A stretch of DNA of 64,000 nt from Acholeplasmataceae bacterium (GCA_965657915.1 CBFHPN010000006.1:3057-67056); one strand, 5' to 3'. Counted from the first letter of the stretch, positions 54,138 to 63,877 are shown. Translations and numbers: made by a program. Notes: generated from the letters alone by a model not told the origin.

Positions 54138-55043
54138 TTAAGAGAAATCCCAATCTTCTTGTCTTTGTAAGTAAGTTCTTACGATATCGTATTCTGAGTC
54201 AACTGCAGTTGCATAACCTTTGTGAGAATAAATTGCATCCATTACAGCAATCTTGTCAGCATCCGCAGCAATTGCTAAGAAAGCTTCTTGAATTTTAACT
54301 TTTAAATCTGGATCTAACGTAGGAATTACGGCAATGGTATCATTAGGTATATTTTCAGTGTCTTGTAAGAAGACGACTAATTCATTTACATTTGGATAAT
54401 CACCTGCGACAAGTGTACGCGCATCTTTGAATGTAAACGCAGCATCTGCATCACCATTGATAACTGCTAATACAGCATTATCATGTCCACCTGCATTTAC
54501 CCAAGTAACATCAGTTTGAGGATCAATGTTATTGTCAGCAAGTAAGTTTGCAGGCCATACAAATCCTGAAGTAGATGTGAAAGATGAAATAGCTATTTTC
54601 TTACCAGCCAAATCAGCAACACTTGTAATGCCTGAATCTTTGCCAACAATAAGTTGTGACTTATAACCATCTACAAGCGTAGTTAAAGGTGAACCATCAT
54701 CAGCAACATCATAACGTAATGCTTTTAAGATAACCTCAGCAGCACCTTCATCTGCAGCTAAAACATATGAAGCTGGCGCTAATAAACCAACATGTACTTG
54801 GTTTGATGCCATTGCTTCAATTAAACCATTGTAGTCTGTTGCAACAGTAACGTTGACTTCCATACCAAGTTCAGCCTCTAATAAAGCTTCGAGTGGTCCA
54901 CGTTGTGCATCTAAGACAGCAGTATCTCTTGATGGAATTAATTGTACTTCTAATACATCAGGTAGCACATAGTCAACAGCTTGACAAGAAGCTAAAGCAA
55001 ATGTAGCTACTAAAGTTAAAGCAACTAAAAATAATTTTTTCAT
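54138..55043 (-). CDS. phnD: phosphate/phosphite/phosphonate ABC substrate-binding lipoprotein (PhnD family)
   Basis: MKKLFLVALTLVATFALASC lipobox. PhnD-like body (LIPSRD.., SSFTSTSGFVWP). Confidence 0.8.
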   Translation of the reverse strand: MKKLFLVALTLVATFALASCQAVDYVLPDVLEVQLIPSRDTAVLDAQRGPLEALLEAELGMEVNVTVATDYNGLIEAMASNQVHVGLLAPASYVLAADEGAAEVILKALRYDVADDGSPLTTLVDGYKSQLIVGKDSGITSVADLAGKKIAISSFTSTSGFVWPANLLADNNIDPQTDVTWVNAGGHDNAVLAVINGDADAAFTFKDARTLVAGDYPNVNELVVFLQDTENIPNDTIAVIPTLDPDLKVKIQEAFLAIAADADKIAVMDAIYSHKGYATAVDSEYDIVRTYLQRQEDWDFS

Positions 55044-55103
55044 TTCTTTCTCCCTTTTTTTTATAATATAATTATAGCATTAAATAAAAAGTACCTTTTA
55101 ACT

Positions 55104-55132
55104 TTTACATGAAATTTTACAATATTTTTACA
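55104..55132 (+). promoter_or_regulatory. three phased TTTACA direct repeats (Pho-box-like), spacing 12 and 11 nt
   Basis: TTTACA at 55104, 55116 and 55127, in the divergent phnD / DUF975 control region. Minus-strand extended -10 TGCTATAAT at 55071..55079; plus-strand TGTTAAAAT at 55167..55175. Confidence 0.5.
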
Positions 55133-55202
55133 CTTTAAAATAGGTGTTTCATGGATTATCTATATGTGTTAAAATAGAAACAAACACATCAAGAGGTCTA
55201 TT

Positions 55203-56018
55203 ATGATATTTGAATCTAAACATCAAGCTCGTGCAGACATTAAAGGTAAAGTACTTCAAGGATTTTTTGCAATTATTTTAGTAAGTATTTTTACATTTTT
55301 CGCTACGTATTTAGTTGATCTTGTCAACCCTTTTCCAACGCCGGTTCCAGTATTAGGGGAGAACTTTTGGGAACAGGCAGATGCCTATTCACCTGAATTT
55401 TTACCAGGAACTATTTTCAGTTTGATTACAAGCATTGGCTTGAGTTTTTTCTTTGCAAGTGTATTAACAATTGGATTAAATAATTTTTTTATTAGAAATC
55501 ACCAAGGTAAAGAACTTGATATTATGACATCATTGTTTATTGGATTTAAAACAAAATATCCATTGATTTTGAAAACATTCTTCGCAGTATTTCTTGCACT
55601 TGTAGGATACCTTGTTATTGTTTATGGACTCGTTGTTGCGGGTCTAATTTTAGCTTTCACTGAACCGATATTAAGTGCAGTCATTTCAGTTCTTGTCTTT
55701 GTAGGTTTTATATTTTTAATTGTCAAAGTATTAGACTATGTATTTGTTTCATTTTTATTAGCCGATGAAGATATCTCATTCGATACACCTAAAGAATACT
55801 TAGAAGCTTCCAAAAATATGATTAAAGGATACAAACTTGAAGCTGTATTATTAGGATTTACATTTATCTTGTGGTTTTTTGCATCTGTATTTACTTTTTT
55901 CTTACTATTCATTTGGTTATTCCCATATGTCTATCAGTCATATGCAAACTTTTATTTAAATTTAAAGCCTAAACCTCATATAGAGGCTGAACCATTAGAT
56001 CATGAATTTGATCAATAA
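55203..56018 (+). CDS. DUF975-like integral membrane protein
   Basis: N-terminus ..HQARADIKGKVLQGFFAIILVSIF followed by about 6 TM segments. Family assignment is from memory. Confidence 0.45.
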   Translation: MIFESKHQARADIKGKVLQGFFAIILVSIFTFFATYLVDLVNPFPTPVPVLGENFWEQADAYSPEFLPGTIFSLITSIGLSFFFASVLTIGLNNFFIRNHQGKELDIMTSLFIGFKTKYPLILKTFFAVFLALVGYLVIVYGLVVAGLILAFTEPILSAVISVLVFVGFIFLIVKVLDYVFVSFLLADEDISFDTPKEYLEASKNMIKGYKLEAVLLGFTFILWFFASVFTFFLLFIWLFPYVYQSYANFYLNLKPKPHIEAEPLDHEFDQ

Positions 56019-56051
56019 AAAAAGAAGCTTATTAATAAGCTTCTTTTTTTA
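56017..56051. terminator. bidirectional intrinsic terminator
   Basis: agaagcttat-ta-ataagcttct palindrome flanked by A- and T-runs. Confidence 0.75.
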
Positions 56052-56685
56052 TTTTGTTTACAAGTTTAATAAAGTAATCAATCATTGGTCCAATGGTGAT
56101 TGCCAATATGACCGTACCTATAGAAACTGAACCTAAACCAATACCAATAAATAAACCTTGAGTGATCGCGATGAGTACGGCTAATAATTCAACACCGACA
56201 CGCACTTTTAAGAAGTTATTGATTTTAAATATTTCCATAAATGCAAATGTCATCTCATCGTACACCATCGAAGGAAACTTTGTTGTGATCATGAGAGATA
56301 AACCAAACGGTAATAAAGTCGAACCAAAGATAAACCATAACATTTGTTCAATAAAACCCGAAGGGTTCAACGCATTTAAGATGATGATATCCCATATGTC
56401 CATCATTGTGGCAATTCCAAAGATCGGAATAATGACAATTAAGTACTTTAAATTTTTTCGATAAATTAAAATAAAACCTAGAATTGTAAAATTAGTAATT
56501 AAGGATGCAGTCCCTAATGTAATATCAAATAATAATCGAGAATGGTCATTGACCGCATCCCATGAACCAGCACCAATCGTTGATCTTAAGATAAGATTGA
56601 CGCCACCACCTGCGATAAACATTCCTAATATATACATGACGACTCTAAAGTAAAACCATTTATTTTTAAATATTGCTAAGTTCAT
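56032..56685 (-). CDS. YczE/YitT-like membrane protein
   Basis: ORF track 56032..56700. I prefer ATG 56685 after AGGAGAAC. GMFIAGGGVNLILRSTIGAGSWDAV is typical of the family as recalled. Confidence 0.45.
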   Translation of the reverse strand: MNLAIFKNKWFYFRVVMYILGMFIAGGGVNLILRSTIGAGSWDAVNDHSRLLFDITLGTASLITNFTILGFILIYRKNLKYLIVIIPIFGIATMMDIWDIIILNALNPSGFIEQMLWFIFGSTLLPFGLSLMITTKFPSMVYDEMTFAFMEIFKINNFLKVRVGVELLAVLIAITQGLFIGIGLGSVSIGTVILAITIGPMIDYFIKLVNKIKKEAY

Positions 56686-56719
56686 ATGTTCTCCTAACAC
56701 GCCATATGATTATATAGGA

Positions 56720-58558
56720 TTATGATGTATAATTCAATCCATATTGATAAGGAAATAAAAATGTAGTAGGATCATAGGTATCTTGCCACGATGTGCGTCC
56801 CCAAGTAGAAGTGTCTTTTGGCCATGAGTAGCTGAGTTTTCCTGTGAAATTTGCTTCTCCATAAAGAAGTTCAGCAAGACCATAACCACCTTCAGTTCCA
56901 GGTAAAAATGCAGCAATGAAAGTATCAAAAGCATTTAAATGGTTGTCTAAAAGTAAAGGTCTTCCACTAAATAAAATACCAATGACAATTTTACCATCTG
57001 ATTTTGCTTGTACTGCAAGTTCTAACGCTTGCATGTTTTCTGGATGTGCATTTCCACTTGTGAGTGAAGGATAGCCTTGGTCTCCATAGCCTTCAGCATA
57101 AGGCATCTCGGTCAGAGCAATCACAACAACATCACTTTCAGCATAACTTACAAGACTTGTTTTTTGACTAAGTCCATCTTTTAAAGAAGTTCCAACATTA
57201 AATTCGTTATCAAGATTTCCTTGCCAATTTGTTGTCCATCCACCTGACATAAACCCAATATGATCAGCTGCTGGTCCTGTTAAATGTACTTTATGAGTTG
57301 AATTAAGTGGCAATGACGATTCATTTTTAAGTAACACTGCACTTTTCGTTGCAAGCTCACGCGCGAGTAACACGTGATCAAGTTTCATATCATTTGTGTA
57401 TGGAAGTTGAAAGGTAGGGTGGTGAATAAGATTGGATTGAACTTTCACACGTAAAATTCTAAAAACAGCATCATTGATACGTTCTATTGTAATATCATTA
57501 TTTCCAACGGCAAATAACAATTCTTGATACGCTGATTTCCAATCATAAGGTTCCATGAGCATATCCACACCTGCATTAACAGAAGTGACGATTTGTTGGT
57601 AAAAACTGCCTTCAAGTTGATGAATCGCATTCCAGTCACTAATGATAAAACCTTCAAAACCTAACTCATCTTTAAGAAGTTCTTGAAGATAGATTTGACT
57701 ACCATGCATTTTAATGCCATTAATACTACTGTAAGATGCCATGACAGTCGGCACTTTTGCTTCAATTGCTTCTAAATAAGGCGTTAAATGTACATCGATA
57801 TTGATCTCATTGATCATGGCATTTCCTTGATCAACACCCATGGTGCCACCATCCGCCAAAAAGTGTTTCGCAGTTGGAACAATTCCGTTTTCTATGTAAC
57901 CTAAAATTGCCGGTTTTGTTAAATTTTCAAATAACTCAGGATGTTCTCCATAACTTTCATAAGAACGTCCCCAGCCAATATGTTGATTCACAGATAAACT
58001 TGGTGCAAAATTCCAAGTAATTCCAGTTGTAAGAAGTTGTTCAGCGGTTGCTTTAGATAATGCGTATGTTAACTCAGGATCGTTAATCACGCCCATATTA
58101 ATTTGATGCGGGAAAATCGTCATATCATAGACATTGTTATGTCCATGGACAGCATCTACACCGTACAAGAGTGGAATACCCGAAGAAGAAGATAATGCCG
58201 CTTCTTGAAAGTCTACAACCATGTCATACCACGCTTGATAATCATCAAACATATCATTAGGGTGACTTCCACCGCCAGATAAAATAGAACCAATATTATA
58301 AGATTTTACTTCATCTAATGAAATATAGCCTCGTTCTGCTTGTATCATTTGGCCGACTTTCTCTTCAAGCGTTAACGCATCAAGTAATGTTTGAGCAAGT
58401 TCATCGCATGTACCGTCATAAATATCACAAGGCGGCTCTAAATAACAAGAATAACTCTCTGGGTCATCACAAGGTAAGATTGGATCAATTTCTGGGACTT
58501 GCTCGACACAACCCGCAAGTAAAATGAGTATTAAAAATGTTGTTAATAGTTTTTTCAT
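56720..58558 (-). CDS. glycoside hydrolase family 3 lipoprotein (beta-glucosidase/BglX-like)
   Basis: MKKLLTTFLILILLAGC lipobox. GH3 motifs KHFLADGGT and GFIISDWNAI (nucleophile Asp), plus the C-terminal alpha/beta sandwich domain. Confidence 0.85.
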   Translation of the reverse strand: MKKLLTTFLILILLAGCVEQVPEIDPILPCDDPESYSCYLEPPCDIYDGTCDELAQTLLDALTLEEKVGQMIQAERGYISLDEVKSYNIGSILSGGGSHPNDMFDDYQAWYDMVVDFQEAALSSSSGIPLLYGVDAVHGHNNVYDMTIFPHQINMGVINDPELTYALSKATAEQLLTTGITWNFAPSLSVNQHIGWGRSYESYGEHPELFENLTKPAILGYIENGIVPTAKHFLADGGTMGVDQGNAMINEINIDVHLTPYLEAIEAKVPTVMASYSSINGIKMHGSQIYLQELLKDELGFEGFIISDWNAIHQLEGSFYQQIVTSVNAGVDMLMEPYDWKSAYQELLFAVGNNDITIERINDAVFRILRVKVQSNLIHHPTFQLPYTNDMKLDHVLLARELATKSAVLLKNESSLPLNSTHKVHLTGPAADHIGFMSGGWTTNWQGNLDNEFNVGTSLKDGLSQKTSLVSYAESDVVVIALTEMPYAEGYGDQGYPSLTSGNAHPENMQALELAVQAKSDGKIVIGILFSGRPLLLDNHLNAFDTFIAAFLPGTEGGYGLAELLYGEANFTGKLSYSWPKDTSTWGRTSWQDTYDPTTFLFPYQYGLNYTS

Positions 58559-58570
58559 GAAACCCCTTTT

Positions 58571-58600
58571 TAAATAAATAAAGAGACATTGTCTCTTTAT
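58571..58600 (-). terminator. probable terminator after the second phn-type operon
   Basis: aaagagac-att-gtctcttt, with T-rich sequence downstream on the minus strand. Confidence 0.5.
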
Positions 58601-59418
58601 TCACCTGAAATTAATTTTTTTCTAATTTTAGTTGAGAAAAATTCAACAAAAAGTACGACAATGACGATTCCCCATAATGCAGCAGCAGCATCTTGCCATC
58701 TAAATGCACTCATCGCTGTTAATAAGGTAAAACCTATACCTCCAGCCCCTACAATCCCTAAGACGGTTGCGTTTTTGACATTAATTTCAAATCGATAGAT
58801 CATAACAGATACGAAATTTGCAGTAAGTTGAGGTATGATACCAAATCTAATCTTTTGAAAGAGTGATGCTCCTGAGGCATCTAAAGCTTGTAATATACCA
58901 GGATCGATATCTTCAATAACTTCAACATACATTTTAGAAATCATTCCGATCGATAATACACCAATGGTCAATACACCTGTTAGTGGTCCTGGACCAGAAA
59001 CTCTTACAAACATAAGCGCAAGTAAGAAAAACGGAAACGATCTTATAATTGTGATCACTGTTGATCCCAAATATGCAAATTTACCAACGATATTTTTTGA
59101 AGACAAAAATGCAAAAGGTAATGATAAGATTGACCCTAGAAGCGTACCTAAAAAAGCTATACCAAGAGTTTCAAACATTAAAAAAGGTATACTGTCTACA
59201 TCAAAAGAAAATATAAGATCCCATGTTGGATTGATAAGTGCTCTTAAAATATTCCTTGAGATTTGAATACTACTTTCTGTAATACCTGGATAATTAATAA
59301 CACTTAACGACCAAGTTAATAATAATGTTATGACTGTTATGATGATCACATTTCTAACAGTCGTTTTTGGTCTAGAATCATAGACCTCTAAGATAAGATT
59401 TTGAGAAGTTATTTTCAT
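58597..59418 (-). CDS. phnE: phosphonate-type ABC transporter permease (PhnE family)
   Basis: QALDASGASLFQKIRFGIIPQLTANF EAA region. 6 TM segments. Confidence 0.8.
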   Translation of the reverse strand: MKITSQNLILEVYDSRPKTTVRNVIIITVITLLLTWSLSVINYPGITESSIQISRNILRALINPTWDLIFSFDVDSIPFLMFETLGIAFLGTLLGSILSLPFAFLSSKNIVGKFAYLGSTVITIIRSFPFFLLALMFVRVSGPGPLTGVLTIGVLSIGMISKMYVEVIEDIDPGILQALDASGASLFQKIRFGIIPQLTANFVSVMIYRFEINVKNATVLGIVGAGGIGFTLLTAMSAFRWQDAAAALWGIVIVVLFVEFFSTKIRKKLISGE

Positions 59419-60293
59419 GTTAATTTACCTCTCACATATCTTGAAATATTTTCAACAATAATAACAACAAAAAGAAGTGATAGTACAATCATAGAAACAT
59501 TTCCATATTCTTTAAGAGACATTTGATCATTAAGAATAAGTCCAATACCGCCAGCACCAACAAAACCTAAAATCGCACTCGCTCTTAAATTGATTTCAAA
59601 GTTATACAGTATTATTGAATAAAACCGACCACTTACTTGTGGAATAATTGATGTTCTAAATGCAGTAAATTTATCAGCACCTGTTGATTCTATTGCAACA
59701 AAAGGTCCTAAATCAATTGTTTCTATGACTTCATACATCATCTTAGTAATGATTCCAAACGTAAAGATAATAGTAGCTAATAGTCCTATAAAAGTACCAA
59801 AACCAAAAATAAAAGAAAAAATTAGTGCATATACTAATGTAGGAAAAGTTCTTATAATTGATAAAACAAACTTTATTACAATTGGAATCTTGGAATTTTT
59901 CATTAAATTTTGAGAGGCTAAAAATGCGATTGGAAGTGCCAATAGTGTTCCGATAAAAGTCCCGAGTAAAGAAATTTGAATTGTCACTAATAAAGGATCG
60001 ATGACACGTTCAAAATAAGAAAAATTAATATCCGAAATCATTAAATTTAAGATCGTAAAAAAATTCGGAATTCTGCTAATGAAAAATTGAAATCCAAATC
60101 GTTGAAAAAAAGCACTCACAATTAGGTTCCAAAAATACAAAAATATAATCAGAATGATAATGGAATACAGAAGTGTATAACTTTTGGGTTTAGTAATAAC
60201 CGTTCCATCTGATAAAGTGAGCATTCTTTTTTGAAGAGACTTGGTTTTGAGAGATTTTAAAAGATTACTTATCTTTGAACATAATATCTTCAT
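59415..60293 (-). CDS. phnE: phosphonate-type ABC transporter permease (PhnE family)
   Basis: VAIESTGADKFTAFRTSIIPQVSGRF. The start is uncertain: ATG 60293 (GGAGAG upstream, 29-nt overlap with phnC) or ATG 60224. Confidence 0.75.
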   Translation of the reverse strand: MKILCSKISNLLKSLKTKSLQKRMLTLSDGTVITKPKSYTLLYSIIILIIFLYFWNLIVSAFFQRFGFQFFISRIPNFFTILNLMISDINFSYFERVIDPLLVTIQISLLGTFIGTLLALPIAFLASQNLMKNSKIPIVIKFVLSIIRTFPTLVYALIFSFIFGFGTFIGLLATIIFTFGIITKMMYEVIETIDLGPFVAIESTGADKFTAFRTSIIPQVSGRFYSIILYNFEINLRASAILGFVGAGGIGLILNDQMSLKEYGNVSMIVLSLLFVVIIVENISRYVRGKLT

Positions 60294-61035
60294 CAGTCAA
60301 CTCTCTCCCATAAATTTTCTTTAATAAATCTTCAGAAATTTCGTTTGACGGACCATCATAAATAATTTCACCATTATTGATTCCAATGACACGATGTGCA
60401 TATTTAAGCGCTAAGTCAACATGGTGCATATTTACTAAAATTGTAATATTTTCATCAGAATTGATTTTTTTAAAATCACTCATGATTTGATTAGCAGTGA
60501 TTGGATCTAATGATGCTACAGGTTCATCTGCCAAAATGATGCTTGGATTTTGAGAAAGCGTTCTGGCCAATGCAACACGTTGTTGTTGGCCACCACTAAG
60601 CTGATCTGCACGAATAAAAGCTTTTTCAAGAATACCCACTTTATGTAAGGATTCTAATGCCTTCAATTTATCATCTTTCGTATACAGGCCAAAAAGAGTT
60701 CTAAAAAACCCCATATCAGCTGCTCTAGCTGATAAGACATTATTAATAACAGACGTTCTATTAATTAAGTTGAATGATTGAAAAACCATTCCGATTTCTC
60801 TTCGAAAAGTTCTTAAACTTTTCCCTTTTAAATCTTTAACTTTTTTGTCATTAACAATTAAGGTACCATCTGTTAGTTCAATCATTTTGTTAACTAATTT
60901 AATCAAAGTTGATTTTCCTGCACCAGATAACCCGATAATAGCTACAAATTCGCCTTGTTTAATTTTAAGAGATACATCTTTTAATGCTTTTACACCATTA
61001 TTGTAGGTTTTACTTACATTTTCAAATACTATCAT
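60265..61035 (-). CDS. phnC: phosphonate-type ABC transporter ATP-binding protein (PhnC family)
   Basis: [45 protein letters not shown]. Confidence 0.85.
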   Translation of the reverse strand: MIVFENVSKTYNNGVKALKDVSLKIKQGEFVAIIGLSGAGKSTLIKLVNKMIELTDGTLIVNDKKVKDLKGKSLRTFRREIGMVFQSFNLINRTSVINNVLSARAADMGFFRTLFGLYTKDDKLKALESLHKVGILEKAFIRADQLSGGQQQRVALARTLSQNPSIILADEPVASLDPITANQIMSDFKKINSDENITILVNMHHVDLALKYAHRVIGINNGEIIYDGPSNEISEDLLKKIYGRELTDEDIMFKDK

Positions 61036-61046
61036 GGATTCTCCTT

Positions 61047-61082
61047 AAAAAAAGTAGACTTAGATGTCTAAGTCTACTTTAT
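61047..61082 (-). terminator. intra-operon hairpin/attenuator between phnD and phnC (second operon)
   Basis: aagtagactta-gatgtc-taagtctactt flanked by A- and T-runs. Confidence 0.55.
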
Positions 61083-61109
61083 CATAATATTAACGAAATT
61101 AATAACTAA

Positions 61110-62168
61110 TTAGCCATTAATAAAATCATTTGCTGCACGTGCACCATCATAATCAGAATCTTGTGCTCTTGTGTAACCTTCATGGCTATACACTTTGAAA
61201 ATATCAGCAACAACATTAAACATTCCAGCAGGACTTGGTAAAGCTGTTTGATCAGTTACTAAATTAATGAAAGCTTGTTCAATTGCTTCTTGTAAAGCAT
61301 CACTTACTGTTGCTTTAGAAACCGTTATTGTATCATTATAAATTCCATCAGTAACGAATAGTACATCAGTCTCAGCCCAAATTGTAGCATTTCTTCCATA
61401 TCCACCTTCGCCTGAAGAATTCCATTCATCAGCATAGTCTCTACGGAAATCAGCATATCCAAATGCAACATCTACTTGTCCTGAAGCAAGTGCAGCTGCA
61501 GCTCCACCATAACCAGGTACTTGAATAACGTTTTCAGCAGGTAAATCAGCTAACGTATATCCGAATAATTCTTTTAATAATAGTGATGGATATACTCTAC
61601 CAGCTGAAGAAGTTGGAGATTGTACACCAATTTTAACATCTTGTAGATCATCCCAAGTTAAAGCTGTACCAGCATTAACTTTTGCTGCTAATGCACGTGC
61701 TTTATCAGTAATTCCGGCAATACCTAGTGAACGGTAGTATGTAACTTGGTATTCAGGATCAGACTCAGTCGCTAAACCATCATTCCAATCTTTTGCATTA
61801 GCAGAATCTTTTGATAAACCACCACGAGTTGCAGTTAAAGCTACATCCATATTAGAACCATCTGCATACACTGCATATGTTCCGCCTGGTATGAAACCAA
61901 TATCTGCTGTACCAGCATCTAATGCCTCACCAACAGCTTCATAAGAAGTCCCAACATAAACGCTAACCGTTTCAAAATCAAATCCTAGTTCTGAAAGTTC
62001 AGCTTTTAAATATGTAGGTAAATATGAAATACCTTGAACAAGTGTTGCATTGTCTCTTGAAGGAACAAAGAACACACTTAAATTTGTTTTTTCTGGAGTT
62101 GCTTCACAAGATGCTAAACTTACAGTACCAACTAAAACAATGAAAAGTAAGACAACTTTCTTTAACAT
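61110..62168 (-). CDS. phnD: PhnD-family ABC substrate-binding lipoprotein (second copy, longer)
   Basis: MLKKVVLLFIVLVGTVSLASC lipobox. FVPSRD.., SPTSSAGRVYP. Confidence 0.75.
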   Translation of the reverse strand: MLKKVVLLFIVLVGTVSLASCEATPEKTNLSVFFVPSRDNATLVQGISYLPTYLKAELSELGFDFETVSVYVGTSYEAVGEALDAGTADIGFIPGGTYAVYADGSNMDVALTATRGGLSKDSANAKDWNDGLATESDPEYQVTYYRSLGIAGITDKARALAAKVNAGTALTWDDLQDVKIGVQSPTSSAGRVYPSLLLKELFGYTLADLPAENVIQVPGYGGAAAALASGQVDVAFGYADFRRDYADEWNSSGEGGYGRNATIWAETDVLFVTDGIYNDTITVSKATVSDALQEAIEQAFINLVTDQTALPSPAGMFNVVADIFKVYSHEGYTRAQDSDYDGARAANDFING

Positions 62169-62237
62169 TTTAATTCTCCTTTTTGTAAATTTATAATTTT
62201 ATTGTATCATGAATGTATCTTTAAATAATTCTTTTTT

Positions 62238-62266
62238 AGTAAAAATAAATGTAAAAAAAGTGTAAA
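62238..62266 (-). promoter_or_regulatory. three phased TTTAC(A/T) direct repeats (Pho-box-like) on the phnD coding strand, spacing 11 and 12 nt
   Basis: Plus strand has AGTAAA 62238, TGTAAA 62250 and TGTAAA 62261. Minus strand reads aTTTTACActtTTTTTACAtttaTTTTTACT. Minus-strand extended -10 TGATACAAT at 62201..62209. Confidence 0.5.
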
Positions 62267-62283
62267 ATTTATTGGGTGATAGA

Positions 62284-63771
62284 ATGAAACTTAAAATAGT
62301 ACAAACTTCTGATGTTCATGGGTCTTTAGTAGGATACAAGAATGTCTTGAATTATGTCTCAAAACTAGAGGGACATGTCATAAAAATTGACTCTGGAGAT
62401 GCCATTCAGGGTAGTTCAGAAATGATTTTTTATAAAAAAAATCAAAATCAATTTGACAATCCTATCATAAATGTATTCAATGAAATCGCTTATGATTATT
62501 ATATTCCAGGTAATCATGACTTTAATTATGGGTTAGAATATTTGCATAATTTTACAAAAAAAATTCATTCAAAGACACTCTGTCATAATGTAATTCAAGG
62601 CGAATCAAACTATTTTGGATCTAGCTATGATCTAAAAATCATTGAGGGAGTGACAATATTAATAATTGGATTTACTAATCATTATGTACCAAAATGGGAA
62701 AAAGAAGAAACTATTCCGGGTTTAACTTTCATTAACCCAACAAAGAATTATCACACATTTATTTCAAATTTAAAAGAAAAATATACACCTGATTTAATCA
62801 TCGTTGCGTATCACGGAGGATTTAATTGTGATGAAAACTTCCAGACTCTTAAAAATGGTTCTAATGAAAATGTTGGATGTGAATTATTAAATGATGATAT
62901 CGATTTACTATTAACATCTCATGAACATCGTTTATTCGTAAAAAAGTTTAACAATCTGTGGATTTCTCAACCAGGTTACAAAGGTGTAAATCTCATTCAG
63001 TTTGATATAGAATTCAAAAATGGGAAAAAAGAAATTAATGGTTCTGTCATTGATCTTGAAAATGTAGCTGCAATCAAAGAATTTTCTGGACTTGATAACT
63101 TTAAAAAAGAGAACGAAAAGTTTTTAAATCAAAAAATAGCGCGTAACATTGGGCAATCATTAAAGTTTAAAGACCCTTTTAAAGATAGGTTAAATAAGCC
63201 TGCGATCGCTCAACTTTTTAATGAAATTCAAATGGAAACAGCTGGTGCAAATTTAAGTATTTGTTCATTCCCCAATGATGTTTCAGGCTTAAATGATGAC
63301 ATCACGATAAGAGATGTCTTAGAAACATATGTTTTTTCAAACACCTTATATCTTTGTAAAATCAATGGCAAGACGTTGAAAAAAGCATTACTAGAAAACG
63401 CAAACTTCTTTAAAGTATATGATCATGAAATTGAAATTAACAAAGCATTCGAAAATCCAAAGAAAATGTATTTTCAATATGATTACTATGAAGGTATAGA
63501 ATACACAATCATTGTGAATAAGTATGTAAGTAATGAGATAGTAGATTTAAAATTCAATGGTTTTGAAGTGAATGATAATATGTCATTTTTAATCGCGATG
63601 AATTCATATCGCTATTTAGGGGGTGGATATCAAACTTGGCAGAGAGATCTCGAAGTGATCAAAGAATATCCTATTGATGTTGCTGAAATGATAATTGATT
63701 ATATAACTCGAGAACAACGCATTAAGGTTAATTTTAAGGATAATATAAAAGTACTTAAAGGAATGAACTAA
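62284..63771 (+). CDS. metallophosphoesterase / 5'-nucleotidase family protein (no signal peptide)
   Basis: ORF track 62272..63771. I prefer ATG 62284 (MKLKIVQTSDVHGS). GDAIQGS, GNHDFNYG and YHGG motifs, plus a C-terminal 5'-nucleotidase-like domain. Confidence 0.75.
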   Translation: MKLKIVQTSDVHGSLVGYKNVLNYVSKLEGHVIKIDSGDAIQGSSEMIFYKKNQNQFDNPIINVFNEIAYDYYIPGNHDFNYGLEYLHNFTKKIHSKTLCHNVIQGESNYFGSSYDLKIIEGVTILIIGFTNHYVPKWEKEETIPGLTFINPTKNYHTFISNLKEKYTPDLIIVAYHGGFNCDENFQTLKNGSNENVGCELLNDDIDLLLTSHEHRLFVKKFNNLWISQPGYKGVNLIQFDIEFKNGKKEINGSVIDLENVAAIKEFSGLDNFKKENEKFLNQKIARNIGQSLKFKDPFKDRLNKPAIAQLFNEIQMETAGANLSICSFPNDVSGLNDDITIRDVLETYVFSNTLYLCKINGKTLKKALLENANFFKVYDHEIEINKAFENPKKMYFQYDYYEGIEYTIIVNKYVSNEIVDLKFNGFEVNDNMSFLIAMNSYRYLGGGYQTWQRDLEVIKEYPIDVAEMIIDYITREQRIKVNFKDNIKVLKGMN

Positions 63772-63781
63772 AAAGTTAAAG

Positions 63782-63819
63782 ACTTTTGTGAAAATATCAA
63801 TCACAAAAGTTTTTTTTTA
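63782..63819 (+). terminator. intrinsic terminator
   Basis: acttttgtg-aaaatatcaat-cacaaaagt followed by T9. Confidence 0.75.
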
Positions 63820-63823
63820 ATAT

Positions 63824-63868
63824 AAATGTGATATATTTATAACATTAAGATATATAAATATCACATTT
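63824..63868. promoter_or_regulatory. 11-bp perfect inverted repeat (AAATGTGATAT ... ATATCACATTT) directly upstream of the SD of the last gene; candidate operator
   Basis: The arms lie at 63824..63834 and 63858..63868. GGAGG follows at 63869. Confidence 0.4.
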
Positions 63869-63877
63869 GGAGGATGT

